Shown: positions 46,414 through 58,366 of the stretch, one piece after another
How positions within the stretch are numbered: the first letter of the stretch is position 1
Layout: the number at the start of each line of letters is the position of its first letter
NCBI GenBank assembly: GCA_040878325.1
Contig: JBBDMM010000002.1
Location: 62,001 to 126,000 of the forward strand
Source of the DNA: Acidimicrobiia bacterium
Lineage (GTDB): Bacteria > Actinomycetota > Acidimicrobiia > Spongiisociales > UBA11373
DNA: 64,000 nt
Direction: 5' to 3'
Translations under genes and position numbers: made by a program
Notes under the pieces: model-generated
What the model was told of the DNA's origin: nothing
Database searches by the model: none
The model's input: only the letters and a program-made list of their open reading frames with translations

Positions 46414-46896
46414 TCAGGATCCCGTGGAGAGGGGGATGATCGCGCGAGCCTCAGGGCCCAGGGGGCGCTTTAGGATCTCCTGTACCAGCGCCGTCGCCAT
46501 GATCGGATCCTTCACGCGCCCCGAGTGGATCAGGAAACCTGCGAGCACCCCGGCGACGGTGTCATCGACCAGGTCGCGATGGACCAGTAGCACCGAGTTG
46601 CGCTTCGAGGTCAGTTCGGTCATGGCCCGGAACACCCTGCGGACCGCATCCGGTTCCAATTCGACGAGCGGCTCATTGACGCCGTCAATGCCGGCGGCGT
46701 GATAGGCGGCGAGGTTCTGATTGCCCTCGAGCAGGGAAAGAACCGCCTTGATGCCCGCGTGCTTGAGCCAGGCGATCTCCTCTTCGCGGCGGACGCGGCG
46801 ATGCTGGAATCCGTATCCCCCGATACGCTCCGACACGGCCAGGCGCTTTGCGATCACCCACGTGAATCCGCGGGGTTCGAGTCCGGTCATGATCAT
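46414..46896 (-). CDS. Hypothetical protein with a degenerate dual-specificity phosphatase-like fold
   Basis: FTWVI..RLAVS, WLKHAGIKAVLSLL, VLLVHRDLVDDT in place of HCxxGxxR; overlaps the folP stop (GTGA). Confidence 0.65.
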   Translation of the reverse strand: MIMTGLEPRGFTWVIAKRLAVSERIGGYGFQHRRVRREEEIAWLKHAGIKAVLSLLEGNQNLAAYHAAGIDGVNEPLVELEPDAVRRVFRAMTELTSKRNSVLLVHRDLVDDTVAGVLAGFLIHSGRVKDPIMATALVQEILKRPLGPEARAIIPLSTGS

Positions 46897-47765
46897 GGGG
46901 TTTCACCCCGCACGATAGCGTCGGCTATTCGCGCTGAGCGCAGTCCCTCGACCACGTTGTGTACACGAATGGCGCTGGCTCCGGCCGCTATCGCCAGCAC
47001 GTGGGCGGCCCCCGAGGCCCCATCGCGTTCGTCGACCGGGATGGGTCCCAGCACCCGTTCGATGAACGACTTGCGGGAGGCCCCGACCAGCACCGGGAAC
47101 CCTGAACCGGCCAGGCTCGCTACCCCCGAGGCGATCAGATCGAGGTTGTGGGCGACCGTCTTACCGAACCCGATGCCCGGGTCGAGGCAGATTCGCTCTC
47201 GGTCGATCCCCTGCGAGATCGCCCACTGCGCCCGTTCCGCCAGGAAGTTGGACACCTCGGTCACGACATCGCCGAACTGCGGGTCCTGCTGCATCGTTCC
47301 GGGGTCCCCGAGCATGTGCATCAGCACGACGCCGGCACCCGACCTGGCGACCACGCCCGCCATTTCGGGATCGGACAGTGAGGTGACGTCGTTGACGACC
47401 ACCGCCCCCGCCTCGATCGCCTGCGCGGCCACCGCGGCCTTCGAGGTATCCACCGAAACCAAGACTCCAGCCGAAGCCAACGCCCGCACCACCGGTACCA
47501 CCCGCTCGACCTCTGCTTCGGAATCGACCGGCGTCGCGCCGGGGCGGGTGGACTCGCCCCCTACATCGACCAGGTCGGCTCCCTCCTCCGCCATCTTCAA
47601 CCCGTGCGCCACGGCGGCGTCGAATGCCAGGAACCGGCCGCCATCTGAGAACGAGTCCGGGGTCACGTTGAGGATCCCCATGACAAGGGTGTGATCGGCA
47701 TTGGTGAGGACGTTGCCGAGTCCGACCGGCCAAAGGGTGGGCTCGAACTGGCGCCGCAGGATCAG
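46893..47765 (-). CDS. folP: Dihydropteroate synthase (start uncertain: CTG 47765 overlapping the ftsH stop, or ATG 47681)
   Basis: [53 protein letters not shown]. Confidence 0.95.
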   Translation of the reverse strand: MILRRQFEPTLWPVGLGNVLTNADHTLVMGILNVTPDSFSDGGRFLAFDAAVAHGLKMAEEGADLVDVGGESTRPGATPVDSEAEVERVVPVVRALASAGVLVSVDTSKAAVAAQAIEAGAVVVNDVTSLSDPEMAGVVARSGAGVVLMHMLGDPGTMQQDPQFGDVVTEVSNFLAERAQWAISQGIDRERICLDPGIGFGKTVAHNLDLIASGVASLAGSGFPVLVGASRKSFIERVLGPIPVDERDGASGAAHVLAIAAGASAIRVHNVVEGLRSARIADAIVRGETP

Positions 47766-49675
47766 GAGGCTGCGCCTCCATCGGATGTGGTGGCTGCTGC
47801 CACGCCACCTCGCGCCAACTCGCCCTTCGGTGCCTGAATCCTCATCGACCCGTTCGCGGCGTGCTCCCACTTCGGAACGTCGCTGAGTATCTCGGCGATG
47901 TCGGCGGCGTAGAGAGTCTCTCGCTCGAGCAACGCTTCGGCGATCCTGTCGAGCCCGTCACGGTGGAACAGAAGGATCGCCCGGGCCTCGTCGTGGGCCT
48001 GGGTGATCAGCTTGCGGATCTCCGAGTCGATCATCTCCGCCACCTCGTCGGAGTAGTCGACCGACTGGTTGTAATCCCGCCCAAGGAACACTTGCGCCTT
48101 CGGAGTGCCGTACCGCATCGGTCCCACCTTGTCGCTCATCCCGTGCTCCATGACCATCGAACGCGCCATCTCCGTCGCCTGCTCGATGTCGTTGTAAGCG
48201 CCCGTCGATGGGTCGCCAAACACGATTTCTTCAGCAGTTCGACCCCCCAGCGCCTGGGCAAGCGAGTCGACCAGTTCGCTACGGCGCTGATAACTCTTGT
48301 CCTGCAGCGGGAGCGAACGGGTATAGCCCCCCGCTCGACCGCGGGGAATGATCGTCACCTTGTGCACGGGGTCGGCATGAGGCAGGGCGTGGCCCACCAG
48401 AGCGTGGCCACCCTCGTGATAGGCGGTGAGCTTCTTCTCGTCATCGGTCATGACCTTGCTCCGTCGCTCCGGACCGGCCATGACGCGATCGATCGCCTCC
48501 TCCAGCTCAGCCTGGCCGATGACATCGCGATCGCGGCGGGCGGAGAGGAGCGCCGCCTCGTTGATGGTGTTCGCCAGGTCGGCGCCGGTAAACCCGGGGG
48601 TGGAGCGGGCAATCACCTTCAGGTCGACCTCGGGAGCGAGGGGCTTGCCCTTTGCGTGGACCTCGAGAATCTTCTCGCGTCCCTTGATGTCGGGGCGGTC
48701 GACGACGATTTGGCGGTCGAAGCGCCCGGGACGCAGCAACGCAGGGTCGAGGATGTCGGGACGGTTGGTGGCCGCGATGAGGATCACTCCCGTCTTCACG
48801 TCGAAGCCGTCCATCTCCACCAGCAGCTGGTTGAGCGTCTGCTCCCGCTCGTCATGGCCGCCGCCAAGCCCCGCGCCGCGGTGCCGGCCGACGGCATCGA
48901 TCTCATCGACAAAGATGATCGCTGGTGCCTGGGCCTTGGCCTGTTCGAAGAGGTCGCGCACCCGGCTGGCACCAACTCCTACGAACATCTCGACAAAATC
49001 GGAACCCGAGATCGAGAAGAAGGGAACCCCGGCTTCACCGGCCACAGCCCTGGCGAGCAGGGTCTTGCCGGTGCCCGGAGGGCCGTAAAGCAGGACCCCC
49101 TTGGGGATCTTGGCACCCATCGCCCGGAACTTCTGCGGCTTGGCAAGGAACTCCTTGATCTCGTAGAGCTCTTCCACCGCCTCCTCGGCCCCGGCAACGT
49201 CCTGGAAAGTGACCTTGGGCATGTCGCGGGTGACCTGCCGTGCCTTGGCCTTGCCGAAAGACATGACCCGATTGCCGCCGCCCTGCATCTGCATCAGGAT
49301 GAAGATGAACACCCCGAAGATCAGGACATACGGCAGGAAGGCCAGGAACCACTGGAAGATCCCCGGATTCTCGGACTCGATGCTCAGGGTCACGTCGCTC
49401 GCCAGCACCAGGGAGGTCAGGTCGCCCTCATAGCCGTCGGGGAAGATCGACTCGAAGCGCCCGCCCCCGGCCTCTTCGGTGAAAGACCCGGTGATCACGT
49501 TCGACTTCTGCTTGATCGTCACCGATTCGACCTGACCGGCGGCGAGTTGCGCCTGGAACTGGTCGAGCGTGATCTCCTCGGGCGCAGTCGCCGAGGTCAC
49601 GAATGTATTGACCAGCATGATCGCCACCGTGGCGACCACCAGGTAAACCAACACGGTGCGGACGGTTTTGCTCAC
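47762..49675 (-). CDS. ftsH: ATP-dependent zinc metalloprotease FtsH
   Basis: Two TMs, [38 protein letters not shown]. Confidence 0.97.
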   Translation of the reverse strand: MSKTVRTVLVYLVVATVAIMLVNTFVTSATAPEEITLDQFQAQLAAGQVESVTIKQKSNVITGSFTEEAGGGRFESIFPDGYEGDLTSLVLASDVTLSIESENPGIFQWFLAFLPYVLIFGVFIFILMQMQGGGNRVMSFGKAKARQVTRDMPKVTFQDVAGAEEAVEELYEIKEFLAKPQKFRAMGAKIPKGVLLYGPPGTGKTLLARAVAGEAGVPFFSISGSDFVEMFVGVGASRVRDLFEQAKAQAPAIIFVDEIDAVGRHRGAGLGGGHDEREQTLNQLLVEMDGFDVKTGVILIAATNRPDILDPALLRPGRFDRQIVVDRPDIKGREKILEVHAKGKPLAPEVDLKVIARSTPGFTGADLANTINEAALLSARRDRDVIGQAELEEAIDRVMAGPERRSKVMTDDEKKLTAYHEGGHALVGHALPHADPVHKVTIIPRGRAGGYTRSLPLQDKSYQRRSELVDSLAQALGGRTAEEIVFGDPSTGAYNDIEQATEMARSMVMEHGMSDKVGPMRYGTPKAQVFLGRDYNQSVDYSDEVAEMIDSEIRKLITQAHDEARAILLFHRDGLDRIAEALLERETLYAADIAEILSDVPKWEHAANGSMRIQAPKGELARGGVAAATTSDGGAAS

Positions 49676-49802
49676 GACCTCAAGTCCAGTCCCGGGACGA
49701 AGGAGATAGGGAAGCCATGCTATCGGGACCAGGACCTTAGAAGTTGATGCCCACCTCGAAGCGGCGAGCGTGCTGCACACCGCTCGCTGCTGCCGCCTGC
49801 CG

Positions 49803-50327
49803 CTACTCCTCCTCCATCACCGCCACATACGGAAGGTTCCTCATCTTGCCGACGAGGTCGAGCCCGTAACCGACGACGAAGTCGGGAGGTATCTCGAATC
49901 CGATGTACCTGACCTCGATAGGCACGCGCTGGAGTCCGGTCTTCATCAGCAACGCCACGATCTCCAGTGATGCCGGCTGCCGCACCTCGAGGTTGCGGCG
50001 GAGATAGTCGAGGGTGAGACCCGAATCGATGATGTCTTCGACGATGAGGACGTGGCGGCCGGCGATCTCCTGCTCCAGATCCTTGAGGATCCGCACGACG
50101 CCGGACGTTTCGGTGGCGGCCCCGTACGAGGACACGGCCATGAAGTCGATGTCGACCGGAAGTCGGATGTGGCGGGCGAGATCCGCCATCATCATGAATG
50201 CGCCCTTGAGCACTGCCACCAGCAGCAGATCCTTGCCTTCATAATCGACAGTGATCTGGCGGCCCATTTCGGCGAGCCGCAACGCAATCGCTTCCTCGTC
50301 GACCAATACGCGGCCGGGCCGCATCAT
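49803..50327 (-). CDS. hpt: Hypoxanthine phosphoribosyltransferase
   Basis: [32 protein letters not shown]. Confidence 0.96.
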   Translation of the reverse strand: MMRPGRVLVDEEAIALRLAEMGRQITVDYEGKDLLLVAVLKGAFMMMADLARHIRLPVDIDFMAVSSYGAATETSGVVRILKDLEQEIAGRHVLIVEDIIDSGLTLDYLRRNLEVRQPASLEIVALLMKTGLQRVPIEVRYIGFEIPPDFVVGYGLDLVGKMRNLPYVAVMEEE

Positions 50328-51577
50328 TCCGACAACCTCGTCGCCGCCATGCCAACCTCCCCTTGCCGTTCGTCGGAAGCCCGGATCGACACGAGCCAGG
50401 CGATTCTTCCACCCGACTCGACAACCGGCCACCTGGCTCGAAGACGGAGCGGCACGCCGGCCTCCCCGAGGGCGTCGGACACCTTCTTGGTGCCGCCGCG
50501 GATGCTGATCCGGTCACCCGGCCGAACGGCGCGGACCACCAACGGACCGTCGGCGGCGATCATGGCTCCATGCCTGCCCAGCCCCACCCTCCCCGACTCG
50601 ATCCTCCAGCCACCGAACAGCGTCGCGCCCGGAACACCCAGCTCGACTGGCTCGAGTGGCTCATGCTGGTCTCCCCGATGAAGCGCCACATATGCGCCCT
50701 CTCGCGTGGCAATGAGTCCGCCGGACACCGAAGCTGCAGGACCCGCCACCGCCCCGAGTACGGCGGCGACATCGGAGGAGGTTCCGGGGTACGGGTCGAG
50801 CATCATCCTCAGCGCGTGGCGCACCACCCGGGAAGCAATCGGCTCCGGGAGGGCAGTGAGGGCGGCAACCGGGATCAACACTGCCCCCTCATCCCACCTG
50901 AGGGGAACGACTTCGGCGCGTCGATCGAGGAGCGCATCGTCGGCTGCCGCTAGTCGGCCGGTGCGGGCCAACGCTGCAAGGAGCTCCGGGTTGAAGTCCC
51001 TGGCGAGGGCGGGGATCGTCTCGGCCCGCAGTCGGTTACGGCGAATCGCGGGGTCGTCGTTCTGCGGATCGTCCGCGAAGGCGAGCCCTGCGAGCGTGGC
51101 GACCTCGCGGGCAGCCTCTCGCGGGATGTCGAGCATGGGACGCACCCACGCGCCGCGACGCGACGGGATGCCTGCCAGCCCGGACAGCCCTGTTCCGCGC
51201 AGGAGGTTGCCGAGCACCGTCTCCGCCTGGTCGTCACGGGTATGGCCGGTGAGCACGGTCTCTCCGTCGCGCAAGATCGACTCGATCGCTGCCAGTCTGC
51301 GTTCGCGCAGCTCGGTCTCCGACTCGCCGCCCGCGACATCGATCACCTGATGAGCCAACCCCAGTCGTTCCGCGATTCGGGTTGCGGCCTGAACCATCGC
51401 CCCGGAACCCGGGAGGTGATGGTGGACGGTGACCGCGCGGGCCGGGCCGCCCCGCGACACGACCGCAAAGGCCAACGCGGCCGAGTCTGCCCCCCCACTG
51501 AGGGCGACCACCACCGGGGAATCGGGGAGGCGAGGCACCACCGTCGCGACGAACGCGTCGAGTTCAGGTGCGGTCAA
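50324..51577 (-). CDS. tilS: tRNA(Ile)-lysidine synthetase
   Basis: ALSGGADS PP-loop, GHTRDDQAETVL.NLLRG, RPML, DPQN, RNRLR; TTG overlaps the upstream stop. Confidence 0.93.
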   Translation of the reverse strand: MTAPELDAFVATVVPRLPDSPVVVALSGGADSAALAFAVVSRGGPARAVTVHHHLPGSGAMVQAATRIAERLGLAHQVIDVAGGESETELRERRLAAIESILRDGETVLTGHTRDDQAETVLGNLLRGTGLSGLAGIPSRRGAWVRPMLDIPREAAREVATLAGLAFADDPQNDDPAIRRNRLRAETIPALARDFNPELLAALARTGRLAAADDALLDRRAEVVPLRWDEGAVLIPVAALTALPEPIASRVVRHALRMMLDPYPGTSSDVAAVLGAVAGPAASVSGGLIATREGAYVALHRGDQHEPLEPVELGVPGATLFGGWRIESGRVGLGRHGAMIAADGPLVVRAVRPGDRISIRGGTKKVSDALGEAGVPLRLRARWPVVESGGRIAWLVSIRASDERQGEVGMAATRLSE

Positions 51578-52605
51578 CTCACCCGTTCGAGCCATCGCCT
51601 CGGTGCCCTGATCTCAGCGAGGGTTGGGAGGTGGTCCGGGCTCTCCCACACGGCATCGAGCGCGGAGAAGCCAGCGGTGCGCTCGACATCGAGGATGAAC
51701 CGCTCCCCCATCTCGTATTGCTTCATCTTCAACTCGAGGCCGGTGAGCCGGAAGAAGGCGGCGGTACGGGGATCCTTACGACGCTGCTTGAGCATTCGCG
51801 ACATCCGGTCCTGGCTGACAAGCCTCCTGGCGCCGATGCGGTCCATCACCACGTGGCCGTGGCCTTCGAGGAGCGACATGAGGGCCTGGACGCGGTCGAT
51901 CACTTGCCGTTGCTCCGGGGAAGCGATGATCCCCATGATCCCGGACTCGTCGACGATCGGCCGCCCCTCTCGAGCAGCAGACCTCATCTCGCCGGCGATC
52001 CGCTGGATGCGCCCCGGTTCTGGATTCGAAGACTCGACCAGCCCGCTGACCAACTCGAAGAAGTAGCCCTGAAGCCACGGGACGCCGGTGAACTGCAATC
52101 GGTGGGTGCATTCGTGCAGGGCCACCCAGAACCGGAACTCGTCGGGACGGAATTCGAACTGGCGCTCCATCCAAAGGACATTCGCCCCGACGAACATTAC
52201 GGTGTCGCCGGCGTCATCGTCGCCCGAGGGCAGCACCAGCTCGTACTGACCGAGGACGCGGCGAGCGAGCACTCCCACGAGCGCGCCGACCTCGGCCCCG
52301 AGCAGACGCGACATCGTCCGGTGGCCGAGGCCTCCGCCGGGCGCCTGTTGGAGCTTCCTTTCGGCATGGGAAAGCAGCCGTCCGAAGGAGGCGATGTTGG
52401 CCGTCGCCCACTCGGATCGGGCGAGCACCGCCACGGTGGGGGTGCCCGACCAGACCAGTCCGGTTTCGTCGGCCACCAGCTGCGACGCCTCCTCGACCAG
52501 GCGAGGGGCCTGGCGGGCCAGCAGATCGAAGTGGTAGGACTCTTCGAGAGGATGCGATCCCGCCATCCGCCCGGCGACCCGGGCGGCGACGTTCCAGTTG
52601 ATCAC
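51574..52605 (-). CDS. Zinc-dependent metalloprotease-like protein (DUF2342 / F420-biosynthesis-associated family)
   Basis: RVLGQYE, FRFWVALHECTHRLQF, MSLLEGH, KMKQYEMGERF, LPTLAEI..P..W. Confidence 0.85.
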   Translation of the reverse strand: MINWNVAARVAGRMAGSHPLEESYHFDLLARQAPRLVEEASQLVADETGLVWSGTPTVAVLARSEWATANIASFGRLLSHAERKLQQAPGGGLGHRTMSRLLGAEVGALVGVLARRVLGQYELVLPSGDDDAGDTVMFVGANVLWMERQFEFRPDEFRFWVALHECTHRLQFTGVPWLQGYFFELVSGLVESSNPEPGRIQRIAGEMRSAAREGRPIVDESGIMGIIASPEQRQVIDRVQALMSLLEGHGHVVMDRIGARRLVSQDRMSRMLKQRRKDPRTAAFFRLTGLELKMKQYEMGERFILDVERTAGFSALDAVWESPDHLPTLAEIRAPRRWLERVS

Positions 52606-52868
52606 GTTTCCTGCGACACGCGATAGCGGCCCTTGACCCTCACCCCGTACCCCAGAATCACACCGGCGATGGCGACACCCGTAATCACCAGGAGGGTCGG
52701 CACGAGGAAGCGGAAGGTCCAGGCATCCTCGGCAGGTGGCGCGGGCTCCTCGCCCACCACGACCGCCGGTTCGTTGCTCGGGGCAGGGTCCTCTTGCGCC
52801 GAGGCGGGCAGCACCCCCAACGCGAACGAGAGGAGCAGGAGAAGAATCAGCGTGCGAGCGCGGGTCAT
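52602..52868 (-). CDS. Small membrane protein (signal peptide + one TM)
   Basis: Signal ending ASA-Q, TM FLVPTLLVITGVAIAGVILGY; TAATCT 7 nt before ATG. Confidence 0.65.
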   Translation of the reverse strand: MTRARTLILLLLLSFALGVLPASAQEDPAPSNEPAVVVGEEPAPPAEDAWTFRFLVPTLLVITGVAIAGVILGYGVRVKGRYRVSQET

Positions 52869-52923
52869 GACCGCGAGATTACCCGCACCGGGGCCGCACG
52901 AAGCAGCCCGAGCCGAAGCCCTC

Positions 52924-53118
52924 TCAGCTCTCCGGGACGATCCGGCCGCGGAGGCGAGGGAACCTGGTCGGAGTGTGGGCGTAACAGTGCGCCCGCTTGT
53001 TGTACCGGGAGAGGAGGGTCACACAGGTGTCGTCCTCACAGACACGGGTGCCGTCGGTCGTCTTGGGAGCACGGAGCTTCCCTTGGACTCGATTGCCCTT
53101 CATGATCTCGGATGACAT
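52924..53118 (-). CDS. Small basic protein with a putative C3H zinc site
   Basis: C-x4-C-x12-C-x2-H (CEDDTC...CYAH), Arg/Lys-rich; strong SD GGAGGT. Confidence 0.7.
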   Translation of the reverse strand: MSSEIMKGNRVQGKLRAPKTTDGTRVCEDDTCVTLLSRYNKRAHCYAHTPTRFPRLRGRIVPES

Positions 53119-53153
53119 TTCTTACCTCCAAAGGAGGGGCGGAGCCCTGCAGG

Positions 53154-53396
53154 CTACCCCACACTCCCGTCGGAATCATGTTCATGGATGAACGTCATGA
53201 GCCGCATCGGTAGTTCCGGCGGCATCTCGTCCCTACAGCACTGCCGTATCCGGAGCTTCAGAGCCTCTTCGAACCGGAAGCCTTCACCGCATGGCGGACA
53301 CCGTCGCAGGTGCAAACGAATGCGGATTCGGCCGACGAGGTGCGTCTCGCCGTCGATGAAAGTGTACAGCTGGCCGTGAGCCTCGTTGCAATTCAT
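53154..53396 (-). CDS. rsrA: Zinc-binding anti-sigma factor (ZAS; RsrA/RshA-like)
   Basis: [14 protein letters not shown]...HLRRCPPC (HxxxCxxC); ATGA overlap with the sigma gene. Confidence 0.85.
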   Translation of the reverse strand: MNCNEAHGQLYTFIDGETHLVGRIRIRLHLRRCPPCGEGFRFEEALKLRIRQCCRDEMPPELPMRLMTFIHEHDSDGSVG

Positions 53397-53956
53397 GGTT
53401 CGGCGATGCCTCGTTCTTCTGCAAAGTCCCACAACGCCTTTTGCAGCGCCTTTCTTCCCCGATGGAGCCGCGACATCACTGTGCCGATCGGCGTATCCAT
53501 CATTTCGGCGATCTCCTTGTAGGAGAAACCTTCGACGTCGGCGAGGAGCACCGGGATCCTGAAGTTCTCCGGAAGGGACTCGAGGGCCGCCTTGATGTCC
53601 TCGTCCACGATCGACTCGAGGGCCTCGTCCTCGGCGCTGCGCTCTGCTCCGCCGGGTCCGGGCTCGCCCATCCGCTGGTACAGGTACAGATCCTCGAGAT
53701 CGCCGAGTTCCACCTCGGTGGGGCGTCGGGTCGCCTGTCGATACCGGTTGATGAAGGTATTGGTGAGGATCCGATAGAGCCACGCTCGCAGATTCGTGCC
53801 GGACTGGAACGTGTGATACCCCCGGTAGGCCTTGAGCAGGGCCTCCTGGAGCACGTCCTCGGCATCGGACGGATTGCGCGTCATTCTCAGCGCAGCGGAA
53901 TACAACTGCGGAAGGAATTCGGTCACATCGGATTCGAACGTGGCCTGGTCGGCCAT
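53393..53956 (-). CDS. sigR: ECF sigma factor, SigR/SigH type
   Basis: [71 protein letters not shown]. Confidence 0.9.
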   Translation of the reverse strand: MADQATFESDVTEFLPQLYSAALRMTRNPSDAEDVLQEALLKAYRGYHTFQSGTNLRAWLYRILTNTFINRYRQATRRPTEVELGDLEDLYLYQRMGEPGPGGAERSAEDEALESIVDEDIKAALESLPENFRIPVLLADVEGFSYKEIAEMMDTPIGTVMSRLHRGRKALQKALWDFAEERGIAEP

Positions 53957-54012
53957 AAGCAGGCCCCTTCCGGGCAGGCTCCCATCGGATCGGTGCTCCC
54001 CGAATTCGACGG

Positions 54013-54087
54013 TGGAGCCGGAGCGGGGATTTGAACCCCGGACCTGCTCATTACGAGTGAGCTGCTCTACCCCTGAGCTACTCCGGC
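54013..54087 (-). tRNA. tRNA-Thr(CGT)
   Basis: GCCGGAG...CTCCGGC-T-CCA; anticodon loop CT-CGT-AA; T loop TTCAAAT; CCA encoded. Confidence 0.96.
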
Positions 54088-54118
54088 GGCGGCGAGGAAT
54101 GGTAAACGATCGGTCACC

Positions 54119-54208
54119 TGCTCCAGCCACGGCTCCGGCCAGAGGCTGCGAGGCCCCGACTCGCCTTGGAGACCATCTTGCTGTGGCTGGAGCCGTGGCT
54201 GAAGCTGC
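54119..54208. repeat. Hexamer-based inverted repeat (same family as 19218-19730 and 34280-34410)
   Basis: ctccagccacggctccggccagag ... ctgtggctggagccgtggctgaagc. Confidence 0.75.
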
Positions 54209-54209
54209 T

Positions 54210-54647
54210 TCAGGGATGACTGGGATCTCGCGTGATCCCCGCGGCCTGCTGTTCCGCCCGCACGAAGGCGACGATCTTGGCTACGTCCGCCCGGGTGAGA
54301 TGCGGCAGCGGAGCCATCGCGCCGAAGGTCCAGTGGTGCGGCACAACACCCGCGGCGACCGCCTGCTGGAACGCCTCATCCGAATGGTGGTTGGGGGCGT
54401 AGATGACGTCCAGAAACGGTGGTCCTGTGGTGGTGCCCATCAGGTCGGACCCATGGCAGACCGCACAGTTGTCGAGGTAGAGCTGCTCTCCTGCGGCGAC
54501 GGTGGCCGGATCGGTCGATGCGGTCGTCCCTGGCGGTGCAGACGTCACCGCGACGAAGACGATGAGGACGGCTCCAAGAATGCCGGCCACCCACCAGACA
54601 ATCCGATTCGGCTTCGGCGATCCCGGTCGCTTCCTGGCAGGACTCAT
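54210..54647 (-). CDS. Membrane-anchored monoheme cytochrome c
   Basis: N-terminal [16 protein letters not shown] (CxxCH), [13 protein letters not shown] (distal Met). Confidence 0.88.
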   Translation of the reverse strand: MSPARKRPGSPKPNRIVWWVAGILGAVLIVFVAVTSAPPGTTASTDPATVAAGEQLYLDNCAVCHGSDLMGTTTGPPFLDVIYAPNHHSDEAFQQAVAAGVVPHHWTFGAMAPLPHLTRADVAKIVAFVRAEQQAAGITRDPSHP

Positions 54648-54679
54648 GATCGCCCTCTCGTCGCTGGAGAAGTCGCCAA

Positions 54680-54704
54680 CCTACCCCACCCCTTGGTGGG
54701 TAGG
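54680..54704. promoter_or_regulatory. Candidate CsoR/RicR-type copper operator overlapping the copB -10 box
   Basis: CCTACCC-c-ACC-cctt-GGT-GGGTAGG near-palindrome with C/G tracts; TAGGTT 8 nt before ATG 54715. Confidence 0.5.
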
Positions 54705-54714
54705 TTCCGCTTCC

Positions 54715-56730
<2,016 letters not shown>

Positions 56731-56736
56731 AACCGC

Positions 56737-57033
56737 CTACCCCGCCCGTTCGCTCCGATCGGGATAGACGATCCGGAGGCCCTGGTCGTAGCGGACAGGG
56801 GGCTGCACGAACCTGAGCTCCATGAAGGTCAGGCCCGGGTAGTCGAGGTCCTCGTAGAGCTCCGCGATCACGTCGTCGGGCAGCAACTCGGCGATCCGTA
56901 GCATTTCTCGCCGGTCGTCGGGTCGTGCGCCGACGAAACGCAGCTCTCCCTCCTCATCGAGTCGCTCAGCGAGGCGGTCAGCGACCTCTCGCCGCCACGC
57001 CCGTCGGGAGCGAACCTCGCGGAACAATGGCAT
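56737..57033 (-). CDS. Hypothetical protein (98 aa)
   Basis: High-GC3 ORF with GGAG SD; no recognisable domain. Confidence 0.55.
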   Translation of the reverse strand: MPLFREVRSRRAWRREVADRLAERLDEEGELRFVGARPDDRREMLRIAELLPDDVIAELYEDLDYPGLTFMELRFVQPPVRYDQGLRIVYPDRSERAG

Positions 57034-57116
57034 CCGGGTACTCCACCCTGGAAATCACAACAGTGTGATTGTGGTGTCACCCGCGCGCGGAGCGTGGTAT
57101 TTCCGCCGACCTCTTG

Positions 57117-57146
57117 CTGGAGACTGGAGACTGGAGACTGGAGACT
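57117..57146. repeat. CTGGAGA heptamer x4
   Basis: ctggagactggagactggagactggagact, immediately after the acyl-CoA dehydrogenase stop. Confidence 0.85.
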
Positions 57147-57148
57147 CT

Positions 57149-58318
57149 CTACCGGGGTACTTGACTCCAGGGGAGGTCCTTGTCGACCCGGGGCTCCCCG
57201 GCGAGACCGAGGACACGCTCGCCGAGGATGTTCTTCATGATCTCGGAGGTGCCGCCTTCGATCGAGTTCGCCCGCGCCCGCAGGAACGCCTTGACCGGCG
57301 GGTGGCTGGTGAATTCGTCAGGCCGGGTCATCTGGTACGAGTCGTAGAGCATTCCCTCCGGTCCCATCAACTCGACGACGAATTCATAGATCTTCTTGTT
57401 CAGTTCGGCGTAGACCAGCTTGGCGGTGGATCCCTCGGGTCCCGGGGTGCCGATCATCCGCATCTGGCCGGCGCGCAGGTTGGTGAGCCGGGCAGCCTCG
57501 GCGCGGACCCAGAGCGTCATGAGCCTGTCACGAGCGGCATTGTCGTCGTGGCCGTACTCCTTCCACACCCGCACCGCCTCACTGATCGGGCCGGCGGCCC
57601 GGGGGGCGATCGTGCCACCGATGGCAACCCGCTCGTTCATCAGCGTCGTCAGCGCCACCCTCCACCCGTCGCCGACCTCGCCGATGCGGTTCTCGTCGGG
57701 AATTCGCGCGTCGTCGAAATAGACCTCGTTGAACTCGGCCTCGCCGGTGATCTGGCGAAGCGGCCTCACCTCGACTCCCGGAGATTCCATATCGACGATG
57801 AAATACGACATGCCCTGATGTTTGGGGACCTCGGGATCGGTCCGGACCACAAGCATCCCCCACTTTGCAACATGGGCGAGGGTGGTCCATACCTTCTGAC
57901 CGTTCACCACCCACTCGTCGCCATCGCGCAGCGCCTTCATGGCCAGGGCGGCCACATCCGAACCCGCCCCCGGCTCGGAGAACATCTGACACCAGATCTC
58001 CTCGCCGGTGAACATCGGGCGTAGCCACTGGCGTTGCTGGGCCTCGGTGCCATGCTCCATCAGCACATGGGCGCCCATGCCCACCCCGAGCGCATTGAAC
58101 CGGGCGGGATGGGGGGCGCCCGCATCCGCCAGCCGCTGCTCGACGAGGGTCTGCAGACCGCGCGGCGCCTCCACTCCTCCAAGGCCTTCGGGGAACCACA
58201 CCCACGCGAGGCCCATGTCGTAGCGGGCACCGAGGAATTCGACCGGGTCGCCCTTCGGATCGTGTTCCGCCAGCAGACGGTCGATCGATCCCTCGACGGT
58301 CTTCGCAGTGATGGTCAT
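57149..58318 (-). CDS. Acyl-CoA dehydrogenase (actinobacterial FadE type)
   Basis: WCQMFSEPGAGSDVA, NGQKVWTT, VRPLRQITGEAEFNEVYF, SIEGGTSEIMKNILGERVLGL. Confidence 0.93.
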   Translation of the reverse strand: MTITAKTVEGSIDRLLAEHDPKGDPVEFLGARYDMGLAWVWFPEGLGGVEAPRGLQTLVEQRLADAGAPHPARFNALGVGMGAHVLMEHGTEAQQRQWLRPMFTGEEIWCQMFSEPGAGSDVAALAMKALRDGDEWVVNGQKVWTTLAHVAKWGMLVVRTDPEVPKHQGMSYFIVDMESPGVEVRPLRQITGEAEFNEVYFDDARIPDENRIGEVGDGWRVALTTLMNERVAIGGTIAPRAAGPISEAVRVWKEYGHDDNAARDRLMTLWVRAEAARLTNLRAGQMRMIGTPGPEGSTAKLVYAELNKKIYEFVVELMGPEGMLYDSYQMTRPDEFTSHPPVKAFLRARANSIEGGTSEIMKNILGERVLGLAGEPRVDKDLPWSQVPR

Positions 58319-58366
58319 GGCGCCATGTTGGCACACCACCAGCGGTGCCCGGCAAAGAAACCTTTG

